Origin: a virus
Strand: one strand, 5' to 3'
Virus record (IMG/VR): IMGVR_UViG_3300009164_000068
Span: 3,413-67,412 of that record
DNA length: 64,000 bases
The notes beneath the pieces are model-generated. The model did no database searches and was not told the DNA's origin. It was given only the letters and a program-made list of their open reading frames with translations. Position numbers and translations under genes: made by a program. Of this stretch, positions 58,894 through 64,000 are shown piece after piece; within the stretch, counting starts at the first letter, position 1; every line of letters begins with the position of its first letter.

Positions 58894-59648
58894 GAGCGCC
58901 TTTCTATATCATCTTCGTCACAGTATGCACCATATTGTATTTCTACAAGTCGACAAGGTGTACTATACGGATTATACAATTGATGCCATTCCTGCTCTGC
59001 TATATTCACTGTTTGATGTTTTGTCAACAGCCTTGATGGCAAAGTATAGCCAGAATCCATTTTTCTACCAACTTCACACATACCGTCGACTACGTGCCAG
59101 TGTTCGGCTCTAAATTTATGACGTTGCATGGTTAAACTTTTGCCAGGCATCACAGTTAACTCTTTAACCTTAGTGCCGTTGTGTTGATATATAACACGAT
59201 AGTGTCCCCACTCTCGTTCAGTCTTAGGGGCTTTCCATTCTTCTAAAATCCAGCTACTACTATTCTTTTTATCTTCGCCACCTACACCAAACTTGAAAGT
59301 TACATCCTTCACAGACATTTCAGGTATATTGTTAGCAGTTCGATCACCACCGTTTGCAAAAATTAATTCGCTGCCCGGGTAATGAGCTCGAACCTGTTGT
59401 ATAAAATGTGTTGCTGAATTATCTTCGTCGTCAAATGTATAGACCTCATGCACCATGGACAGATTATTGATAATACATAATCTTTCATTCCAGGGCATAA
59501 ATGCTCTGCCCTTTTTACGCTCTAACCATTCATCACTATTAAGCCCAACAATTAAAATATCGCCGAGTTCTTTAGCCGCTTTAAAATAGGCTATGTGGCC
59601 AGAATGAAGGGGGTCGAAACCCCCTGTGACTAATACAATACGTTTCAT
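58890..59648 (-). CDS. Cytidylyl/adenylyltransferase (TagD/RfaE-like) fused to a type II PMI-like cupin
   Basis: TGGFDPLHSGH (HxGH), GLNSD..L.RKKG, FANGGDR, SSS; C-terminal REWG.Y...KVKEL.V.PG.SL.MQRH..RAEHW. Confidence 0.88.
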   Translation of the reverse strand: MKRIVLVTGGFDPLHSGHIAYFKAAKELGDILIVGLNSDEWLERKKGRAFMPWNERLCIINNLSMVHEVYTFDDEDNSATHFIQQVRAHYPGSELIFANGGDRTANNIPEMSVKDVTFKFGVGGEDKKNSSSWILEEWKAPKTEREWGHYRVIYQHNGTKVKELTVMPGKSLTMQRHKFRAEHWHVVDGMCEVGRKMDSGYTLPSRLLTKHQTVNIAEQEWHQLYNPYSTPCRLVEIQYGAYCDEDDIERRS

Positions 59649-59653
59649 GTACG

Positions 59654-59660
59654 TATTTAT
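59654..59660 (-). promoter_or_regulatory. Putative late promoter ATAAATA, 5 nt before ATG 59648
   Basis: Minus strand gATAAATA-cgtac-ATG; no SD. Confidence 0.55.
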
Positions 59661-59669
59661 CTTAGCATA

Positions 59670-60371
59670 TTATAGCTCATTCATAAGTGGAAAGATTTTA
59701 GCAATCATTTCTGCACAGGCAACGGCAATTGCCATATGTTCTTTCTGTGTGCCGTTAGCACTACGTAACTGAATATAATGAATCCAGCTACGTAATGTAC
59801 CGTTCATATATAGTCGAGTTTTAGTAATACCTTCGGGTAAGATCTTACGTGCTTGTTCTTTGGCAATGCCTTTGCTAATAGCCCAGTCGTATTCTTTCTT
59901 GCAATTATGTGCTACACGTTTTTGCGCATGAAGCCAATCTATTGCTAACTGACGATCTTCAGTCTCAATTGAGTTTTGACGATTCTTTTCATCCTGTAAT
60001 CGAACTTCAGAATACTCAAACATGTCGCCCATGTCTTCCGGATTAGCGTAACGTTGACTAAATTCCTGAAAAGCAAAACTACGATGACGTACAATTTGGT
60101 GTGCAATATCACGAGTAGTGTCAATTTCTAAACAGGCATTGACCATTTCAAGCGGCGACCAGTGTGCATGTTTAATCAAATACTTGATAAGTTTAGTACT
60201 TGTTTCTTCATTCATCTGGTTAGCTGGATTACTTACTCTTGCACAGTAAGCAATTAAATCTTGAATATCTGCAAATTCGGGTTCAGTCTTACCACGCTCA
60301 CGTGCTTCTGCTTGGCACTCTGTTACAAAGTCTGGATCTGCTACACTGTAGCTTACGGTACGTACTTTCAT
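59670..60371 (-). CDS. thyX: FAD-dependent thymidylate synthase
   Basis: ARVS, HWSPLE and the RHRSFAFQEFSQRY ThyX signature; AKEQAR..LP. Confidence 0.95.
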   Translation of the reverse strand: MKVRTVSYSVADPDFVTECQAEARERGKTEPEFADIQDLIAYCARVSNPANQMNEETSTKLIKYLIKHAHWSPLEMVNACLEIDTTRDIAHQIVRHRSFAFQEFSQRYANPEDMGDMFEYSEVRLQDEKNRQNSIETEDRQLAIDWLHAQKRVAHNCKKEYDWAISKGIAKEQARKILPEGITKTRLYMNGTLRSWIHYIQLRSANGTQKEHMAIAVACAEMIAKIFPLMNEL

Positions 60372-60685
60372 TTTAATTTTTTATTATTTAAGAATTTTTT
60401 TGTATGCTTAGTAATATCTTTTTTAATTCGATCGGTGTCAAGTTTAAAATCAACATTTTCGATATTATCTTCGTATTGAGACATTGTCTCTTTAACTTGT
60501 TTTTCAAAGTTATCCCAATCTAACTTTGCATCTTTTTGTAATTCTATTTCCCAAACTTTACCATTTTTAAAAGTAATTTTTACCGCATGGAGATATTGAA
60601 GAGGCACAACATTAAGTGTTATCTCTCCAAAAACTTCGGGCCAGCGATCAATTACATCTTTGGGAAGAGGCTTCCCATTGGTCAC
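60368..60685 (-). CDS. Hypothetical protein
   Basis: 105-aa ORF coupled to both neighbours. Confidence 0.65.
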   Translation of the reverse strand: MTNGKPLPKDVIDRWPEVFGEITLNVVPLQYLHAVKITFKNGKVWEIELQKDAKLDWDNFEKQVKETMSQYEDNIENVDFKLDTDRIKKDITKHTKKFLNNKKLK

Positions 60686-61317
60686 TTTGCCTTTTTGGTC
60701 GGAACCAAGTCCTCAGCCTTTCTGCGAAAGTCTGCCGCTTGTTTTGCAAATTTATCTGCTTGACTACGGTAAAATTTTGCAGCCGATTCTGGGCTATCAG
60801 TTGGTACCTCTGTGTCTACCATTGGTTGCACATCTTCTGTAACCGACCCAGATGTTGTTTTACCACCAGGCGACATATCTTGTATTTTAGCAACTTCCTG
60901 AACTTCAACATTTGCAGTACCGGCAGACATATTCTTAATAGATAAGTCATCGATTGCAAGGCCACGCTGATCTGCAATGATTTGATTTAAATCAGACAGT
61001 GTAACTCGAGCATGAAAGTTTGGAGTCATCTCAATAGCATCTGTTGCAATTTTTACTAATCTATTTTGTGTATGTAATGCAGGAAGCATTGTACTACCGT
61101 CTGGAAATTTAGCTCTTGCAAGTACTTCTGCAAATTCAAAAGATGATTGACCAGATGGCGATTCAACTAATTGTATTAGTGCATCGTGATAGTTATCGGG
61201 CAGATTTTCTGTAGGTACCACAAGGCAATTGTATGCATCGCCTGGCAATGTTCTAAATGCAACAAGAACTTTTTTGCCTGTCGATTTGACGCGGCCAACG
61301 TGTTTCATATCTTGCAT
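60682..61317 (-). CDS. Hypothetical protein with C-terminal coiled coil
   Basis: 211 aa; AAGGAG SD. Confidence 0.7.
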   Translation of the reverse strand: MQDMKHVGRVKSTGKKVLVAFRTLPGDAYNCLVVPTENLPDNYHDALIQLVESPSGQSSFEFAEVLARAKFPDGSTMLPALHTQNRLVKIATDAIEMTPNFHARVTLSDLNQIIADQRGLAIDDLSIKNMSAGTANVEVQEVAKIQDMSPGGKTTSGSVTEDVQPMVDTEVPTDSPESAAKFYRSQADKFAKQAADFRRKAEDLVPTKKAK

Positions 61318-61318
61318 A

Positions 61319-61549
61319 TTATTCTCCTTTTGCAGGAGCTTGTTGCTGTGCTGCTTCTAAGAAACGATTGAGCTTATCAAATAGCGTACCGACTCCGGAA
61401 AGTTCGGTAGCTTTGAAAGCGCCTCGTTGTGTAACTACATCAATTAAACTACGCATTGCAATTAAATCGTTAATATTTAATTCTGGTGCCGCAGTTTGTG
61501 TTGCTTCGGGTGCGGTTTCCGTACCGGTATCCACGGTTTGTTCAGTCAT
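61319..61549 (-). CDS. Small hypothetical protein, paralog of 61546-61755
   Basis: MTEQT...NDL.AM.S.ID....RG.FK..E...VG....KLN.FLE; AAGGAG SD. Confidence 0.75.
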   Translation of the reverse strand: MTEQTVDTGTETAPEATQTAAPELNINDLIAMRSLIDVVTQRGAFKATELSGVGTLFDKLNRFLEAAQQQAPAKGE

Positions 61550-61755
61550 TTAGTTTCTCCTTGAGATTGTTTAATACTTTCGAGGAAAGTATTTAATTTG
61601 TTATATGTTTGGCCGACTACTATCATTTCGTTAGGTTTAAATGTACCTCGTGCGCTGGCAATATCAATGATACTTTTCATTGCGGCTAAGTCATTTAATG
61701 TAAGCTGATTTGCTTCTGTAGCAGTATCAGTGGGTTGTGCTGTTTGTTCAGTCAT
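61546..61755 (-). CDS. Small hypothetical protein, paralog of 61319-61549
   Basis: Same motif set; AAGGAG SD. Confidence 0.75.
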   Translation of the reverse strand: MTEQTAQPTDTATEANQLTLNDLAAMKSIIDIASARGTFKPNEMIVVGQTYNKLNTFLESIKQSQGETK

Positions 61756-61796
61756 AACATCTCCTTATAAGATTATATATGTATATTAATTATCAA

Positions 61797-62075
61797 TTAG
61801 ACTAAATGTGGACACGCAAGTCTGAAGAAACTTAGTTCTTTTTCCTGCTCAAATCCAATACGGGTGGTATAGACTAAGGTATTATCAACGATACTTATGT
61901 ATTGACCAACAAAGTATCGACTATTTAAATTTTGATAAATCCATTTATCGAGATTAGCATTTAAAATAGGATTGTACTTGGGAAAGATGGTATAATGAAA
62001 ATGATGCGCTGGAAACGAGACCTTTCTCAAATCCAGCGCATTGAGGGCATTAACTTTACCGTTTTTTAATGCCAT
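61797..62075 (-). CDS. Hypothetical protein
   Basis: 92-aa ORF coupled to the VWA gene stop. Confidence 0.6.
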   Translation of the reverse strand: MALKNGKVNALNALDLRKVSFPAHHFHYTIFPKYNPILNANLDKWIYQNLNSRYFVGQYISIVDNTLVYTTRIGFEQEKELSFFRLACPHLV

Positions 62076-63280
62076 TAACTATGTGCTTCTTCTTCGTAAT
62101 ACGCATGAGCACCCCAGGGTGGTACAATACTGGTTGTACCGTGAATAATGAATACTGTATCACAGTAGTTCTCATCACCCCATGAGTTCCAAGGATAGCC
62201 ATCTGTAAACATGATAAACTTCTTAGGATTAATATCGTGTTTTTTCATGTAATCCCAATTACAATCAAACTCTGTACCGCCGCCGCCCATAGGTTGGTAT
62301 TCAGTAATGTCATTGCCGCCGTAGCCGTCAAAGTCCTGTTCGTTATATACTTTAGTATCAAAACACCAAACTTTAATGTTGTAATCTTTGTACTCGTCCA
62401 TAATGCCTTTAATTTCTGTTAAGAAATCTTTAGCCTGAGCATCACTAATAGAACCTGACATGTCAATACTAATACAAATATCAATAGTTTCGTCAAAGTT
62501 CATACCTGGCAAGATTGCACCAGTATGCCAACCTTTACGTGACGGACGAGAAAAAGTATAATCATTTCGAACAGTGCTTTGAATTTGTTGACGTAAAATT
62601 TGACGCCAGTTCATTTTAGGCTCAGTGAGTTCACGAATCATACGCTGGATCTCAGCTGGCACATTTCCTGCACCCGCTGCCTGAGCCGCTGTAATAGACG
62701 CTTCACGTACCTCGTCTCGAATCTTACGTAATTCTTCTTTTGAATACTGTGGCTTGTTGCCTTGACCCTTGCCGTCTTTATCGCCAGTGCCATCGCCTTC
62801 CCAGTCAATATGCTCGTCAAGTAATTGACCTAACGCCGATAAACTTTCCTCGTCCATCTTTTCGTAAATCTCGTCATAGACTTGTTCAGCACTCTTACCA
62901 TAATGCTTAGTGTCGTGGAATATATTGATGCCTTTTGGCTGATCGCCGATACGATCACGTACTAACTGTCCGTTTACACAATAGTCAATAGCGGCATTCC
63001 AAATACCTTTATTACGACCTTCTGTGCGAGAAATGTGATCAAATACATTATGCAAGATTTCATGTGCTACAACAAACTCAACTTCTTTAGCACTAAGTTT
63101 TTCAAAGAACGGTCGGCTATAGTAGAGGTGGCGACCATCTGTAGCCGCAGTATTGCACCAATCGCTGGCATCAACAATCCTTAGACGAGTTGCCATATTA
63201 CCAAAAAATGGATGACGAAGTAGTAGACCAATACGTGCTACGATAATCTTATCTACAACAGGATCTAAGTGATGTGACAT
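62075..63280 (-). CDS. HEXXH metallopeptidase-like plus VWA domain protein (DUF2201-like)
   Basis: TAATDG, AHEILH, WN.A.DY..N; DMSGS MIDAS; GGGGT.F; FTDG. Confidence 0.85.
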   Translation of the reverse strand: MSHHLDPVVDKIIVARIGLLLRHPFFGNMATRLRIVDASDWCNTAATDGRHLYYSRPFFEKLSAKEVEFVVAHEILHNVFDHISRTEGRNKGIWNAAIDYCVNGQLVRDRIGDQPKGINIFHDTKHYGKSAEQVYDEIYEKMDEESLSALGQLLDEHIDWEGDGTGDKDGKGQGNKPQYSKEELRKIRDEVREASITAAQAAGAGNVPAEIQRMIRELTEPKMNWRQILRQQIQSTVRNDYTFSRPSRKGWHTGAILPGMNFDETIDICISIDMSGSISDAQAKDFLTEIKGIMDEYKDYNIKVWCFDTKVYNEQDFDGYGGNDITEYQPMGGGGTEFDCNWDYMKKHDINPKKFIMFTDGYPWNSWGDENYCDTVFIIHGTTSIVPPWGAHAYYEEEAHS

Positions 63281-63312
63281 ATTTTGCTCCTAAGTATTTA
63301 CTGTATGTATAT

Positions 63313-63341
63313 ATTATAACAGGACCCAAAGGTCCTGTCAA
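63313..63341 (-). promoter_or_regulatory. Consensus sigma70 promoter with an 8-bp inverted repeat across the spacer
   Basis: Minus strand TTGACA-ggacctttgggtcctgt(17)-TATAAT; ACAGGACC/GGTCCTGT at 63319-63338. Confidence 0.82.
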
Positions 63342-63358
63342 TTGAATTTGGCTACTAA

Positions 63359-64000
63359 TTAACGCTTTTCTGTAGCCGCCGCAATGTACTTACCAAACTT
63401 AGCATGGAATGCGTCAAAGCACTCAATCTCATCTGGATCTAACGGTAATTGGTATTGCGTCAGTGCAAGTTTAGTGCCCATAACAACCAATTCAGTTTCA
63501 AAATTATCCATCATAAATTGGAAGAAGCAGTTAACTTGTTTGTTCCAATCTTTAACGTTCTTATCAGCGGCATCTTTGAGCTCGTAGCACAATGACACAG
63601 TCAATGAATACATAGCACTAATTTCCTTAGTATCCATTTTCTTAACCTTGCCCTTAAGGATGTCTGTAGGATTAGGCAGTTTAGAAGCAACCTTACGGTG
63701 CGCCATAAACTTAATAGCCAAACCTTCACCAACCGCACCCGATACCAAATCAGTTAGTGTACTTACATCCTCATCTTCGTCAAACAACAGTTCGGAAACA
63801 AATGACCAGCTACGTGGAGTAGCAAATGCCTTAGAGCCAGAACGTGGGTCAAAGTCGTACAAGTCCTTCTTAGAGAAGGTCAAGAAGCCAACTACGTCTT
63901 TATGGATCTTGTTATCAACAGCCCAACCAAAATAGTCATCCCAGTTAACAGCCATTTCCAAGTGAACGAAACGGTTAGCCAACGGCGCAGGCATACGATA
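63359..64000 (-). CDS. MoxR/dynein-related AAA+ ATPase, C-terminal part (starts beyond the window)
   Basis: MPAPLANRF (Arg-finger region) and FATPRSW (sensor II-like); adjacent to a VWA partner. Confidence 0.8.
   Translation of the reverse strand, partial: YRMPAPLANRFVHLEMAVNWDDYFGWAVDNKIHKDVVGFLTFSKKDLYDFDPRSGSKAFATPRSWSFVSELLFDEDEDVSTLTDLVSGAVGEGLAIKFMAHRKVASKLPNPTDILKGKVKKMDTKEISAMYSLTVSLCYELKDAADKNVKDWNKQVNCFFQFMMDNFETELVVMGTKLALTQYQLPLDPDEIECFDAFHAKFGKYIAAATEKR

Larger units (their letters stand above)
1..64000. other. Segment of a large T4-like (jumbo) contractile-tailed phage genome
   Basis: gp55-gp47-gp46 synteny as in T4; baseplate homologs gp53/gp5/gp25/gp6; tail fibers; thyX; dense overlapping gene packing; no cellular housekeeping genes. 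Confidence 0.93.

Noticed and set aside
59670-60371. Intron or intein in thyX (a common insertion target)
   Set aside because: The ORF is continuous, of normal length, and has no splicing or homing endonuclease motifs
61756-61796. sigma70 promoter upstream of the small paralog pair
   Set aside because: TATAAT is present but the nearest TTGATA is only 13 nt away, and the region is too AT-rich to call
771-63935. Many short antisense or alternate-frame ORFs in the track (e.g. 771-1313, 2292-2678, 31449-32021, 32919-33278, 63648-63935)
   Set aside because: They lie within or opposite longer motif-bearing genes, have no recognisable motifs, and mirror the codon bias of the real genes
1-64000. 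Stop-codon reassignment as seen in some jumbo phages
   Set aside because: The standard code gives near-complete coding density, and TAA, TGA and TAG all end genes at sensible positions

Overview
A 64-kb, almost fully coding segment of a large T4-like (jumbo) myophage genome in the standard genetic code. No tRNA, CRISPR array, integrase or transposase was seen. From left to right: (1) a minus-strand gp55 late sigma factor, gp47 and gp46 block; (2) a plus-strand baseplate/tail module of about 34 kb (tube initiator, gp53-like, hub, gp5 spike, gp25, gp6, a giant 4734-aa wedge/fiber-like protein and several fiber proteins); (3) a tightly coupled operon of about 19 kb (36398-55631) with four GT-A-like glycosyltransferases, a methyltransferase, eight radical SAM genes (nine rSAM domains, including a double-rSAM fusion), an orphan QueC-like ATP pyrophosphatase, an SDR and two SGNH-like proteins; (4) a convergent minus-strand nucleotide-sugar operon (cytidylyltransferase-cupin, UDP-sugar dehydrogenase, methyltransferase, GT-like); (5) thyX, hypothetical genes and a MoxR-like AAA+ / HEXXH-VWA pair. 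The best candidate for an undescribed system is the radical-SAM/glycosyltransferase cluster next to the tail genes. It may build a radical-tailored glycan for the virion, DNA or host surface; that role is inference. Consensus sigma70 promoters and an NTAAATA late-promoter-like motif are visible. All family calls come from motif recognition by eye, not from database searches.
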